Of a stretch of DNA of 64,000 bases, positions 12,158-25,049 are shown one piece after another (within the stretch, counting starts at the first letter, position 1; each line of letters opens with the position of its first letter). The position numbers and the translations under genes are program-made. The stretch spans positions 13,950,001 to 14,014,000 of the forward strand of contig NC_043014.1 in NCBI RefSeq assembly GCF_006345805.1, read 5' to 3'. This DNA comes from Octopus sinensis. Taxonomy: Eukaryota. The notes beneath the pieces are model-generated. The model was given only the letters and a program-made list of their open reading frames with translations, searched no databases and was not told where the DNA came from.

Positions 12158-13240
12158 CACACACACACACACACACACATTCCAGGATATGACAAGTTCA
12201 AAGAAGTTATGTCTGGTCACTTAGAATAAAGGACTCAAAGATAAGTCTGGGTGAATAAAAATTTTATCTGTAATTGCTAGTTTGACAAAATATATTTTGT
12301 CAAACTAAGGTTTATGGATAAAATGTACATATGTATGTGTATCTATATGTACACACACACACACACACACACACAGAGGACTACAGGAGTCAAAATTTTA
12401 AAAGAGAAGGAATGGTCAAGGTTTGATTGGATGCCTAGGTTATAGGCCCACTTCTATGTGTACATGGTTTATAATATATAGGATTATCTTTGTTTACTGA
12501 AATAGTTTGTCCTGCTTCACACACTGATAAAAATTTACCAAAAACCTCTGCTTCAAAATACATATAATGAAAGGTAGGACAGAAAGCACAACTTAAGGAT
12601 TATTTTCACATCAGACACCAAGTCCAAATATTTGCAACAGAGTGGACTCTCCTAAAGACTTCCAAAAGGCCAAGTGGTGGTGTTAAAATGTGTGACAGAT
12701 TATTGTATTTGATAGCATAAAAACACGTGCCAGGCATGCATATTCAGGGATAAGTTTTTAGTTCATTAAAGATTATAGGAGGTCAAACTGTATATAGGAC
12801 CTAGGATGGTCACAGGCCCTAAGCACTTAAAAGATTTCAGTGCCTCTATATATATGTGAGTCAAAGTATAAACAATAATAAACCATAAAATAATTTTTTT
12901 TATTTTTCAAAATGGAACAAATCTAACAGTAAGATAGAAAAAATAAAGTTTATTTTTCTCTACTTCCACTTTATTTATATTTCAAAAGTTTTTTCCTGTT
13001 TTTTAATAGCAAAAGTCTTTGATCAGATCCTCACTATGACACCATGAACACTTTGAAATTATATTTCTGATCATATAAACCACTGCAAATACTATTTTGG
13101 CAAGTTTAAAATGATTTCTTTAGTGCCATTAACCATTTACTATTTCTGTGGTGCCCCAAGCACGTGCTTCATCATCATCATCTGGTTAACGTACCTGGTG
13201 CCTTAGACCACTTGGCCATTCTGCTTATTTTGCTTAATGG

Positions 13241-13349
13241 TTAATCCAGCACTGAATGGACATCAAATACATTAAATCTTTGACACAGTCCAGCTGACAA
13301 ATTTCTACAGTTTCCCACAATGAAATACACAAGGTCTGGGTTGGAAATA
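13241..13349 (-). CDS. Candidate terminal coding exon: (S)ISNPDLVYFIVGNCRNLSAGLCQRFNVFDVHSVLD*
   Basis: Minus-strand pyrimidine tract + TAG acceptor at 13350-51; in frame with candidate exon 14585-14680; AATAAA-type signals ~270-290 nt downstream (TTTATT at ~12950-12975). Protein not recognised. Confidence 0.35.
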
Positions 13350-14080
13350 CTAGGTATATAAATGAATGTGAAAGATGTGAATGACAAAACATTCACGTGT
13401 GCATGTGCATGCACATGTGTGTGCGTGTGTTGATTTGGAGTTTTTTCCCCTTCTTTTAGATGCTTTATTTGATCACCAACTCTTCTTAACAATTAGCATA
13501 GCAAAAATAAACATCTCCTGATCATACAACCCACACTTGTCAATACAAAAAGGAAGGGCTGAACATCTAAATATCTAATAATCTCTCATGTATTTAACCT
13601 AAAAACTGTAATGAAGATCTGAACTTCAATTGCGTGTCTGTATACTACATATATACATTCTCACAGACAGACACACACGTGCTGAAATCTATTTAGACAC
13701 AAGATTGTTTTCAAATAAATCAAATCTTGATAGTTTTAGCTAGTCGTGCTAAGCCATTGTTAGCCCATTAGTGTATCAGAGAGTCATACATGGCTAGCTT
13801 GCGTAGAAAAGCACCACAAGAGAATTTGAAATAGCAAACACACATAGATGGAGTGTTGTGTCGAACCTCAGACTAATCAATAACAATCGCCACTGACATG
13901 TGTAAGTGAATTTAGACTGGAATCATAGCTTGGTGAAAACTACAAATTAACTGACAAGACAATAATACAAGTAAAATAGACATTATAACTTGTCTTGTTT
14001 CAGATCTTACATACTGACATCAATACACATGCACAAACACACACACACATACGTACATGCATATACATATATACATATAC

Positions 14081-14097
14081 ATGCACAAACATATCTA

Positions 14098-14133
<36 letters not shown>

Positions 14134-14360
14134 TATATATACATACATATATACATATATATATACATACATATATGCACACGTATATATAGACATATAC
14201 ACCCATATATATATGCATATATATCTATGCACAAACATATTTATCTATCTATCTCTCTCTCTCTATATGTATATATATTTATATATACATACACATATAC
14301 ATATATATATACATACATATATGCACACGTACATATAGACATATACACCCATATATATAT
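14081..14360. repeat. ~147-bp tandem duplication of compound CT/TA/CA microsatellite block
   Basis: TGCACAAACATAT...GCACACGTA(T/C)ATATAGACATATACACCCATATATATATGCATAT occurs twice. Confidence 0.75.
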
Positions 14361-14584
14361 GCATATATATATGTATGCATGAATGTGATTAGGTGTGTGT
14401 ATATAAATATAAACACACACACAAACACACATTATATACATATAGATAGAATCACTCCTTCACACATACATACACGCATATATACACGCACATTTCCATG
14501 CACACATTAGTATAAGTAAGTTCAAAGTATAAGTGCAAATGGCCTACCATTTTGGCAGACATGAATAAACTAAGTGCATCTCAC

Positions 14585-14680
14585 CTACAGGAATAAACGG
14601 TCAGCTGATGACCTAAAACATCAATGATACCCTGCTTCAGCTGCTGTGTAACAGTACAGACTATCACTTGAGTACAGGCT
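14585..14680 (-). CDS. Candidate internal exon (96 nt, phase 2-2): ACTQVIVCTVTQQLKQGIIDVLGHQLTVYSC
   Basis: Minus-strand acceptor GTTTCCTTTTTATTAAG, donor AG|GTGAGA, single open frame, GC above flank. Confidence 0.38.
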
Positions 14681-14964
14681 CTTAATAAAAAGGAAACATT
14701 ATATAATGTAATCTTAAATACATTATGTCTAAATGAATGATTGGATGGTCATGGCTGAAATGTCTTTGATCATAGGTTCACACAATCACATTAGACCTGG
14801 GAATAAGCTACAGCAACTACAGACACACAGGTGCACGTATAGAGTTATGGAAGGATTTGTCTGTATTGTAAGCATGGATGACTACAACATAGAAATGCAA
14901 CACAAGCACTGTGTGTTTAAACTCTTGGTTGATGCAATTCATGGTAGTGTTACTCAGAAAAGCA

Positions 14965-15324
14965 GAATAGCTTGATTTCTAAAATATTGGGTTGTCTGGA
15001 AAGTCATTGCTGATTTATAGCAGCTTACCTTTCGACTTATTTTAGAACATGGTTGAGTCCATAAAATAGGATTTGACTACACCTCCATTTAGAGCACAGT
15101 TTAAGCTATCTTTTCGTGGAAGAAGATTTATGTTCCTATAACCTGAATAGCTTGATTTCTAAAATATTGGGTTGTCTGGAAAGTCATTGCCGATTTATAG
15201 CAGCTTATTTTTCGACTTATTTTAGAACATGGTTGAGTCCATAAAATAGGATTTGACTACGCCTCCATTTAGAGCACAGTTTAAGCTATCTTTTCGTGGA
15301 AGAAGATTTATGTTCCTATAACCT
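14965..15324 (+). repeat. 180-bp tandem duplication spanning 20 bp of flank plus the left end of a mariner
   Basis: GAATAGCTTGATTTCTAAAATATTGGGTTGTCTGGAAAG...TTCCTATAACCT starts at 14965 and again at 15145. Confidence 0.95.
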
Positions 15325-15732
15325 GTGTTAATTCTGTAACCCTTTAAAATGGAAGATAAGAAAGTTCATTTTCGGCACTTGATGCTTTGGGAACCAGACA
15401 AAAATTGCTGCAACTTGGCTGGGATGTGTTACTCCACTCTCCATATTCACCAGATATTGCTCCTTCGGATTTCCACTTATTCAAGTCTCTGCAGAATAGT
15501 GTTAATGGTAAAAATTTCAATTCCTTGGATGACATAAAAAGATACCTTGATGAATTCTTTGCCATGAAACCACCTCAATTCTGGGAAGAGGGTATTTTCA
15601 AGTTAAAGGAAAGATGGAAACGCATTGTGCAACAAAATGGTTCATATTTGGTTGATTAAAAATGTAATGACAAGTATTTATCAATCTTTTTCTTTCCTTT
15701 AAAAATTGGCACGAACTTTCCGGACAACCCAA
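15167..15732 (+). mobile_element. Internally deleted mariner (566 bp)
   Basis: TIRs TTGGGTTGTCTGGAAAGTCATTGCCGATTT / AAAATTGGCACGAACTTTCCGGACAACCCAA with TA flanks. N-terminus MEDKKVHFRHLMLWE is fused directly to C-terminus GTRQKLLQLGWDVLLHSPYSPDIAPSDFHLF...WKRIVQQNGSYLVD*. Confidence 0.92.
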
Positions 15733-17207
15733 TAGATTTTTCATATCTTTCATGATAAAGATAATTTGGAGCTAGGGATAACTAGGTAAACATTTATTTC
15801 AGTGTTAGCTGTCCTTGTTGGCTTGGAGTCAAGATCAGGTTAACTGATTGGGTCCAAGGTATACAAGATACCATATTTGATGGTATATAAGACACATTTT
15901 TTTGCTCCCAAAAATTGTCTCAAGAATTCACCCCAGCTGCTACATGCAAAATTGAGCCTTCCATAAGCTCATTTTGTCAATTTTGTCCCTGTCACTCATT
16001 ACTAGTTTCAGGCTAGTTTTAATCCAGATAGTCTTTTCTAGCCTGATTTCATAATAATGATATTTACTTAAACATTATTATTATTACTTGTGCTGTAAAA
16101 GGAATAATCATAACAATGAAATGGCTAAGGTACTTTTGTGACGTTTTGTAAGGTTCTGTTAGATCACTTTAAATATTGGTTTGAAATTTTGGCACAAGGC
16201 CAGCAATTTCAGGAGAGGGGGGCTAATGTCGATTAGGTCAACCCCAGTACTCAAAGGGCACTTACTTTATAAACTCTGAGAGAATGAAAGACAAAGTCGA
16301 CCTCAGCAGAATTTGAACAAAGAATGTAAAGACAGACAAAATGCTGCAAAACATTTTGCCTGGTGTGCTAACGATTCTGCCACCTTATAGATTCCTTAAA
16401 TATTCAATGCTTTAATGCACTAAAAAACATTTCCCCCATATATGTGCTGTTGAAATTGGGGTGTATATAATGTTCCCATGGGTCTTTTATGCCATCAAAT
16501 ATGATATTTAGTTATTTTACAAGAAATGGGTGGGTGAGGAAATGAAAATGAAGTCTGTATTTTCAACTAATGTTTATATTATTCATTACAAATATTCTCT
16601 TTGCTTTAATGAACATTTTATTTTTCAGCATAATATTGAAGAAAATACTTAGTCTAAAAGCACTTTCGACACCTAGGAGATAATGTAAGTTTTGAATGTT
16701 GCTGAAGTTAACATCACTTTTTATCCTTCTGAAGTCAAATTCTGACATTGATTTCATCAACCAAACTTTCCCCAAAAATGTAAGGCTTTGTGCATATTTC
16801 ACAAATCAATAAATTCTCCAAATACCCTAGTATACTGGGTTCTGAATGTTATATTATGCATAAAAAATCTCCACAGATTAAAAAAAATAAATATATAAAG
16901 GTGAAACTAAATTGTGGCTAGATCTGGAAATATGTTATATATTTGATATTCCAACTCTGCAAATCTTCAAATAACATGTGACATTGTGTGTGTGTATGTT
17001 TACATGCACATATAGGTACTGATGTGACCATCATTGTCTTCAGTAAAACTCATATGTATCTGTTCATTAATGGTGGCTGTTTCATACTCGAGTTAAAATG
17101 TTCATCAGTTAATTTGATAGCTGAGAAAACTTCTTGAAATCCTCTTTTTCATTAGGGGAGGGATATAACTGAACATAATGTATAACTGGTACTCATTTGG
17201 ACAAATG

Positions 17208-17619
17208 TAGGCGTAGGAGTGGCTGTGTGGTAAGTAGCTTGCTTACCAACCACATGGCTCCGGGTTCAGTCCCACTGCATGGCACCTTGGGCAAGTGTCT
17301 TCTACTATAACCTCAGGTTGACCAAAGCCTTGTGAGTGGATTTGGTAGACGGAAACTGAAAGACGCCTGTCGTATGTATGTATATATATATGTGTGTGTG
17401 TGTATATGTTTGTGTGTCTGTGTTTGTCCCCCAAACATCACTTGACAACCGATGCTGGTGTGTTTCCGTCACTGTAACTTAGCGGTTCGGCAAAAGAGAC
17501 CAATAGAATAAGTACTAGGCTTACAAAGAATAAGTCCTGGTGTCGATTTGCTCGACTTAAGGCAGTGCTCCAGCATGGCCATAGTCAAATGACTGAAACA
17601 AGTAAAAGAGTAAAAGAGT
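17208..17619 (+). mobile_element. SINE-A, full length
   Basis: TAGGCGTAGGAGTGGCTGTGTGGTAAG...GTAAAAGAGTAAAAGAGT. Confidence 0.9.
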
Positions 17620-18024
17620 GTGATGCTGAGTGGACATAGATTGTAGAATTGACAATATGCAAGTGTCTAAAGAGGTGATGAGTGAAATGTGTTGGATAAG
17701 CAATATCAACTTATATGAAGTGTAGAGCACAAGAGCATTCAGCTGGACATTAAAAAGTAACAATGAATATGTCTAAACAAATCTAACATGGACATGAAAC
17801 AAATGGACAATACTTGCTGAATGAAAAAAGATTCCTTCTGATACTAATCGAAGGTACTCACATCATATAAAAGCCAACACAGAGTTGTAAAGAAGTGATG
17901 AGGCTGGTTTCGGGATTATTATTGTTACAATGAGGATGACAAAGGATTGATGTGTCAGGGATGCTATATCAAATGGCGAGCAGGTCTGTCCAACCAATGC
18001 TGACATAGAATAATGGATGTTTAA

Positions 18025-18641
18025 CCCTTTAGCATTTAAATCGGTCATATATGTCCCAAATATTCTACATGGTTTGTGTTCAAACCAGCCTTTCACAACT
18101 ATCCTACAATGCCATTCTAAACATAAACATATAGGCGCATGAGTGGCTGTGTGGTATGTAGCTTGCTAACCAACCACATGATTCCGGGTTCAGTCCCACT
18201 GCGCGGCATCTTGGGCAAGTGTCTTCTGCTATAGCCCCGGGCCGACCAATGCCTTGTGAGTGGATTTGGTAGACGGAAACTGAAAGAAGCCTGTCGTATA
18301 TATGTATATATATATATGTATGTGTGTGTGTGTCTGTGTTTGTCTCCCTAGCATTGCTTGACAACCGATGCTGGTGTGTTTACATCCCCGTCACTTAGCA
18401 GTTCGGCAAAAGAGACCGATAGAATAAGTACTGGGCTTACAAAGAATAAGTCCCGGGGTCAATTTGCTCGACTAAAGGCAGTGCTCCAGCATGGCCGCAG
18501 TCAAATGATTGAAACAAGTAAAAGAGTAAAAGAGTATTCACATCATCAAAATCTCGAATCTGCAAGATAATGCATGATTAATTCAAAACAATGTGAATAA
18601 ACAAATGTTACATTTGACAGTGTTATCTGAACGTTAAAGAG
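18025..18641. mobile_element. piggyBac-type MITE family 2 with nested SINE-A (18132-18535)
   Basis: TTAA|CCCTTTAGCATTT left end and degenerate right end. Same family at 53789-54559 (TTAA-flanked, with nested RTE tail) and ~63103-63725 (with nested SINE-A 63121-63515). Confidence 0.7.
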
Positions 18642-19938
18642 TTGGCTGTTGGTCAAGGTGACTTTACTGACATTTTGATTTCTTTTCTTTCTGTGTGCTT
18701 AATATTATCAACCCAGAGACAAGCTAACAGAACTGTTAGAAAAACCAGGCAAAATGCTTAGCAGCATTTTGTCCTTCTTTACATTCTGGGTTCAAATTCT
18801 GCCAAGGTCAACTTTGTCTTTCATCCTTTCAGGGTCAATAAAATAAGTACCAGTTGAACACTGGGGGGGGGGGTCGATGTAATCGATTTATCGCCTCCTC
18901 CAATATTGTTGGCCTTGTGCCAGAATTTGAAATCAATATTATCAATCCAGAGTTACATGAATCAAGGTTTATCTAGAGAACTGGAGTGAAGTTTACCATC
19001 TGGTTTCAGATATGTTGCAATTTCACTGATGTTGCTAACCCTTAGGAAAGGACCTAAACCTCCCAATCATTCACTTCTCATTTCCTCTAAAAACTCAAAA
19101 TCCTACAGCTATACCAAGTAATCAATACAATCAATGCTATCAGTCAAGAGTATATAACTAGTTCGTGTTTATTCTAAAAAGGTATTCCCACTTACCATTT
19201 TAATTCCAGCATTAAATTAAGAAGAGCAAGTAAAATTCTCCAGTAATGAATGGAAACCACTATGAACTACTCCCCATCCATCCTTGCTCTCTCATTCTCA
19301 AAGATTTTTGTTATAATGTGTTTTTTTTTCTTCTGGCATTTATACTTACATCAGTGCTAACATTGGACTTAACGAACTAAATTTACCTCCCTATAGTCAA
19401 AATAATATCATGTGATTGACTGACATTCCAATCTATTCCCCATCACCATCACCACCACATCAAATTTTTGGATATTTATGTTGCACAGGAATTTCATGAC
19501 ATTATTTTTGGTTATTCTTTACATTAATAACAATACGAACGCTTTATCTATAATTCACTTAGACAAACGTGTGATCAGATATGAGAGGTGAAATATATTT
19601 GCATTCAGTTGTTTTTGTCTAGTTTCTTTTTCAATATTTTCCAATTTATATTTTTCATCGTAATTAATTATTAAAATAGATTACGTATTACATATTACAA
19701 AACAGTTAAATTAGAGTGAAAATTACTTTAATGAAAATATGACAGCTTTTACAATTCTTCCACAATGGAACATGAATCAAGCCGAGTGAACAATGTGGGT
19801 CAAAATGGCAACCATGAAATCTGGAACGGCAAGATGAGAGAGTCCAGATAACAGCAGATCGTCATAGCTGTAGTCATGGTAGTAGTGATAGTCATGGTGA
19901 TAGTTGTAGTAGAGTTAAATTCAGGGAAATTGAGTTAA

Positions 19939-20158
19939 CCCTTTCGTTACCAACCCGGCTAAAACCGCCTCTGGCTCCGAGTACAAATGTCTTGTTTTCA
20001 TAAGTCTTGGATTAAAATCTTTCATTAAACCTTAGTCACAATTTATGTTCCTAACACTAGCTGAATGATAACTAAGTTATTTTACTAAATTCTTTGTTTT
20101 ATTTAAAGTAATTGAAAGAAACACAGAGCATCTCAAAATAAATACAGTAACGAAAGGG
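19939..20158. mobile_element. piggyBac-type MITE family 1 (220 bp)
   Basis: TTAA|CCCTTTCGTTAC...GTAACGAAAGGG|TTAA: perfect 12-bp TIR and TTAA TSD. Confidence 0.92.
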
Positions 20159-20565
20159 TTAAAGTTATTCCTACAGACAGTGGCAGATTGGCCAGGTTAC
20201 CAGCTTGCCTGTTGGCAAGTGGGTCCCTTAGACATTAGAGTCTTTATGCGGGGAGCCATGCTAGTATGTAAGGGGCCTATGAAAAAAATCTTTGGTTTCA
20301 AAGAAAATATCTGAAGTCTTAGAGAAAGAATAAAAATTTTAAAAAAAACCCAAATAAAACAATTAAGCAAAGCAGTTGGTCAAAGAATTCCCTAGGGAGT
20401 TAATAGAAATTAAAATATATGATACAGCAGACAGTTAGTCAGTGGTAATAAAATGTAACTAAATTTACATATGTACTAGATTACCTATGACCCGTTGGGT
20501 CACTGGGAAAGTCTGAGTTTCCCAGCAATGGAGTTTTGTTTTGTGGGTATTTTTTTCTTTTCCAG

Positions 20566-20681
20566 GTTATTTCGCATGCTTTCAATGAATGAGACATCAA
20601 AATCACGCATAAACAGCTCCTTTCCCCAGAAAAGGAAAGATTTGGCTACTATTTCTTGCATGCTCTGCTATCACGTAACAG
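20566..20681 (+). CDS. Candidate internal exon (phase 2-1): LFRMLSMNETSKSRINSSFPQKRKDLATISCMLCYHVT
   Basis: Strong acceptor TATTTTTTTCTTTTCCAG, donor CAG|GTATTT, only one open frame; protein not recognised. Confidence 0.3.
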
Positions 20682-21773
20682 GTATTTCAGGTCCTTTATT
20701 GCAAATAGCTGTTAAGTGGTAGCAGGACGTGCTAGAAATAGCAACCAAATCATTGGAGGTAAGATATGTTGAATGTACTTGAAAATAAACCTATGGAAAA
20801 AATTACTTCACATTGAGGTTATGAATGGGTCTTTTATGAAATATTTACCATATTTTTAAAGTCGTTTTCACTTTAAAATATTTTTTGAATATGCCAAAAA
20901 AAATGTTTGTAATGGTATTCACTTGAAAATAATTTTTAAAAAAACATTAAAATGTTGTCTGTTTAAAGAAAGCTAAAATATAAATACTAACTGTACAAAT
21001 AACTTACATTTCTGAAATCACTTGAAAATATTTCTAAATGATTAAAATATTGTGCTTAACAAAAGTGAAAATAGAAACATTTACTGTAAAAAACAACTTG
21101 TATTTTTCCATTGTCAAGTCACTGTGTCTAATCAAAAGGTTAGTTTCTTTCCTTTGAGGGTTAAGTTATTTTTGGTGTATTTTCCCATTATGTACCATTT
21201 TGGGGTATTTATGCCCTGAAAACCCCTAATAGCTCAACAACCAGTTGTCTGATTTACATGAAACTTGTTTTATTCAGCTCATATTCAGGGGAAACTTAAT
21301 TTGTAGTATTTTCTCATTATGCACCAGTTTGGCTGGGTAACATTGCAAGCAAGCAAGATTCAAGCTCACTTCTAATGTATTATAGATTAATGCATATATA
21401 CATATATATACATACATACATACACATGCACACATGCATACACACACACATATGTATATATAACAAAGTAAAACTGGAAGGTACTGCACAAGTGAAAATA
21501 TATAGGCAAGAGGATTTGAAAATGTAGAGGTCTTTTAAAGATGTTTATTGACTTGACCGGTTTCACTTTTTTTAAAATGATTTTCAAAAGTAAAGTGCAA
21601 GGCTTTGTGTAGCCTTTGTGGTGTTAAAAATTAGTTAACACAGATGTATTGAAATACTGTGGTAGAGTCTTTGACAATGATAAGAAAATGTTAAGAAATA
21701 GAATCTTTGACAATGATAAAAAAATGTTAAGAGAGGCTTTGTGTTTAAACAGTTTATGTAAGTATTGAAAATA

Positions 21774-21902
21774 GGCAGTGAAATAAGTTCATAATTGTTT
21801 ATAAGCATATTGTTATATAACTATATTTTTATATTACATATTACTATATTGCTTATTAAGTATTATGATTTCTTATAAACAATTATGAACTTATTTACTG
21901 CC
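21774..21902. mobile_element. Small foldback/MITE-like element, ~31-bp TIR around an AT-rich spacer
   Basis: GGCAGTGAAATAAGTTCATAATTGTTTATAAG ... CTTATAAACAATTATGAACTTATTTACTGCC (one-base indel). Confidence 0.75.
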
Positions 21903-23499
21903 CAGGTTGATGGGGGGGAAGGTGTTAAAGTTCAAATTTTTTTCATTGCTTACATCCCAGCAATGTGCCACATGTGTGTTACTTCCGCATCACCATTCCA
22001 TAGAATGTGCTTATGGGAAGAAAGTTACTGAAAAACGTCCATATATGTGACAGTGACAAAGAAACAAGGAAGGTGGTTGTAAAATGTGCTAGAAATAACA
22101 GCCAAATCTCCCTTAAATCATACACCTTATTGTTTGAAAATATTTACAATCTTTTTTTTTTTACCAAAAAGGCTTCTCTCATGGTTATAAAAATTAAATG
22201 ACAGCATTGTAGTTGCAAGTGAGCCCCTACCTCAAACTCCTGACAACCAACATTTTTAGACCCAGTCTGCAACTGCCTACAGATGTCCATGTATGCTTGA
22301 CTAGGTACATACATGTGTGTATGTGTGTGTATACACACACACACTCATATGCAAACATACGCACATATATATGCAATTACGTAGGTGTAGCATGGACTCA
22401 CAGTTATGGATTAAGTGTGTGTGAGTAATTTGTTTTGTTTTATGTTTGTATTTTCCAGGTGAATATGGGTTAGACAAGACTTGTTAAGGCAAATTTTCCA
22501 GTCAGAGGTTCTTCCCACTACCAAGCCTTACCCATTTCCATGTAAATTATTTTTCACTCCACAGGTTCTCATCCTTCAAAAGATTTTTTTTTACTTACTG
22601 TAAAGAAACCATTTTTTTTCAACATCAATGAGAACACGTGGAATGGCATCCACACACAAACACATACCTATGTATATACATACAGCTACATACACACAAA
22701 CGTTTAGATATACATACATACCTACAGTCATATAATGAAAGCACTGGCTGGTGTCCAATCATTGAATCTAAGTAATGTCAAGCTCTATTTGGAAAACTTG
22801 GGAAAACCTAAGGGATGTAAGCATTATGTATTAGGTACAGGTATGGCTTTGTGGTTAAGAAGTTCTCTTCCCAACCATGGGCATGTGTTTTCTCCTGTAT
22901 CCTTGGGCTAACCAAGGATATAGGAGAAAACAGAGCAGATTTGTTAGATGCAAACTGAAAGAAGATCCTCATATGTGTATGTGTTCATGTGTTTGTGTGC
23001 ATATATATATATATATACATACATGTATGTATGTATCCAAACAGAGGTAGTGTGATGGGTAAAATCCTAGCTACATATGGTTCTTAGTTAGCTGATCCTC
23101 TAATGTAATAATTACTCAATGAGAGGTACTCAACTCAGCTAATCATCAGGCCAAAAATATCTTAATTACATGAAGGTTACATTGTCACTTGGAATCTCCA
23201 GGTTAACTCGCTGCAGATGTGAGTCGAAATGAATAGCGAAGCTGCAAGAACAGAACAAATATTTAACTGGGATGGATAAGGATAGAGCTTAGCTGAGCCC
23301 AAGGTATCAAATTCTTAGTGGATAGTGCCAACTACTGACATACACGGATATATGAATATGCATTTACCCATACCCCACCACGCACATGCACACACACACT
23401 GAGACAAGAGACTACTTGGCTCTGCAACTTCTATATCCAGTTACATCCAAAGAAGAGTGACAGAATGTCTTTAAAAATGTAGGGTTTTCCACCACATCC

Positions 23500-23640
23500 A
23501 AAGAAGTCAACCTTCTCAACATAACCTTAAATTTGGAAAATTCTACACACAAACAACTCATGAACCCATTGAAAAGCTAAAATATATAAACAAATCCTCA
23601 AATCCTCATTGGCATATCATCAGAAATTTAACAGCAACAA
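23500..23640 (+). mobile_element. Penelope-like element RT C-terminal relic
   Basis: KEVNLLNITLNLENSTHKQLMNP / EKLKYINKSSNPHWHIIRNL (one frameshift) resembles the PLE motif VNFLDVTLNL...YINxxSNHP. Confidence 0.5.
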
Positions 23641-23815
23641 CTCACTCAAACACTCCCTTTTCTTCAAATGAAAAGACATGCTGCTAGCAGAAACCCTGTA
23701 AAAGTTCACTACCTTGAGACCACAATGTCAAACCAGACCAAAGAATGAAAAAGTCATCTAGTTCAATCCATCATGCAACTTGCAACTATCTACTCTAATA
23801 GCTAAGCTTTTCTTT

Positions 23816-24452
23816 TTTCTTTATTGCCTACAAGGAGCTAAACACAGAGGGGGAAAATAAGGACAGACAAAGGGATTAAGTCGATTACATCGACCCCTGT
23901 GTGTAACTGGTACTTAATTTATCAACCCCAAAAGGATGAAAGGCAAAGTCAACCTCGGTGGAATTTGAACTCAGAACGTAATGGCCAACGAAATACCTAT
24001 TTCTTTACTACCCACAAGGGGCTAAACACAGAGAGGACAAACAAGGACAGACAAGCAGATTAAGTCGATTATATCGACCCCAGTGCGTAACTGGTACTTA
24101 TTTAATCGACCCTGAAAGGATGAAAGGCAAAGTCGACCTCAGCAGAATTTGAACTCAGAACATAATGGCAGATGAAATATCGCTAAGCATTTCGCCCATC
24201 ATGCTAACGTTTCTGCCAGCTCACTGCCTGCAATTTCTTTATTGCCCACAGGGGGCTAAACATAGAAGGGACAAACAAGGGAATAAGTCAATTATATCGA
24301 CACCAGTGCATAACTGGTACTTATTTAATCGACCTCGAAAGGATGAAAGGCAAAGTCGACCTCGGCGGAATTTGAACTCAGAACGTATCGGCAGAGGAAA
24401 TACTGCTAAGCATTTCACCCGGCGTGCTAACATTTCTGCCAGCTAGCTGCCT
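23816..24452 (-). mobile_element. Three consecutive SINE-B units (a dimer 23816-24229 plus a monomer 24233-24452)
   Basis: GTCGATTA(C/T)ATCGACCCC...AACTGGTACTT...GGATGAAAGGCAAAGTC repeated three times; the first unit lacks the tRNA head. Confidence 0.88.
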
Positions 24453-24634
24453 TCTTTCAAACCCAGTTTCTGTCTCATCACAGACACAGTAGAAGAATAA
24501 ATATGGAAAGATAAATAAGCTCAATTGAATGAAGATTCTAATATCCATCGAAATGTTTCATGATTGCATTTTATACATATACACAGCTAAAAGACATGCA
24601 TTGCTACTCCAAAATTATTTATCATATTTACTTA

Positions 24635-25049
24635 CAGGCACAGGTGTGGCAATGTGGTAAGAAGCTTGCTTCCCAACCACATAGTTCCAGGTTCAGTCCC
24701 ACTGCATGGCACTTTGGGCAAGTGTCTTCTAGTACAGCCTTGAGCTGACCAAAACCTTGTGAGTGAATTTGGAAGATGGAAACTGAAAGAAGCCCATCAT
24801 ATATCTATGTATATATCTATGTGTGGGCGTCTTTGTGTCTGTGCTTGTACTCTCACCATCACTTGGCAATCGATGTTGGTGTGTTTACATCCCTGTAACT
24901 TAGCAGTTCAGCAAAATAGACCAACAGACTAAGTACTAAGCTTACAAAGAATAAGTCCTGGGGTCAACTTCTTGAACTAAAACCCTTTAAGCAGTGCTCC
25001 AGCATGGCTGCAGTCAAATGAATGAAACAAGTAAAAGAATAAAAGAATA
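24635..25049 (+). mobile_element. SINE-A, tail-to-tail with a minus-strand SINE-A (25050-25600, interrupted by an RTE tail at 25290-25412)
   Basis: ...GTAAAAGAATAAAAGAAT is followed directly by CTTTTTAATTGTTTCAGTCATTGGACTATGGCC. Confidence 0.8.

Noticed and set aside
16629-16684. Plus-strand exon with strong CAG acceptor and GTAAGT donor
   Set aside because: Stops in all three frames; indistinguishable from chance without transcript data.
19740-19930. Promoter or first exon (CAAAATGGC YY1-like motif, a few CpGs, His/Ser-rich frame)
   Set aside because: The His/Ser pattern comes from a decayed GTA/GTG repeat; there is no convincing splice donor or long ORF, and a single short motif is not enough.
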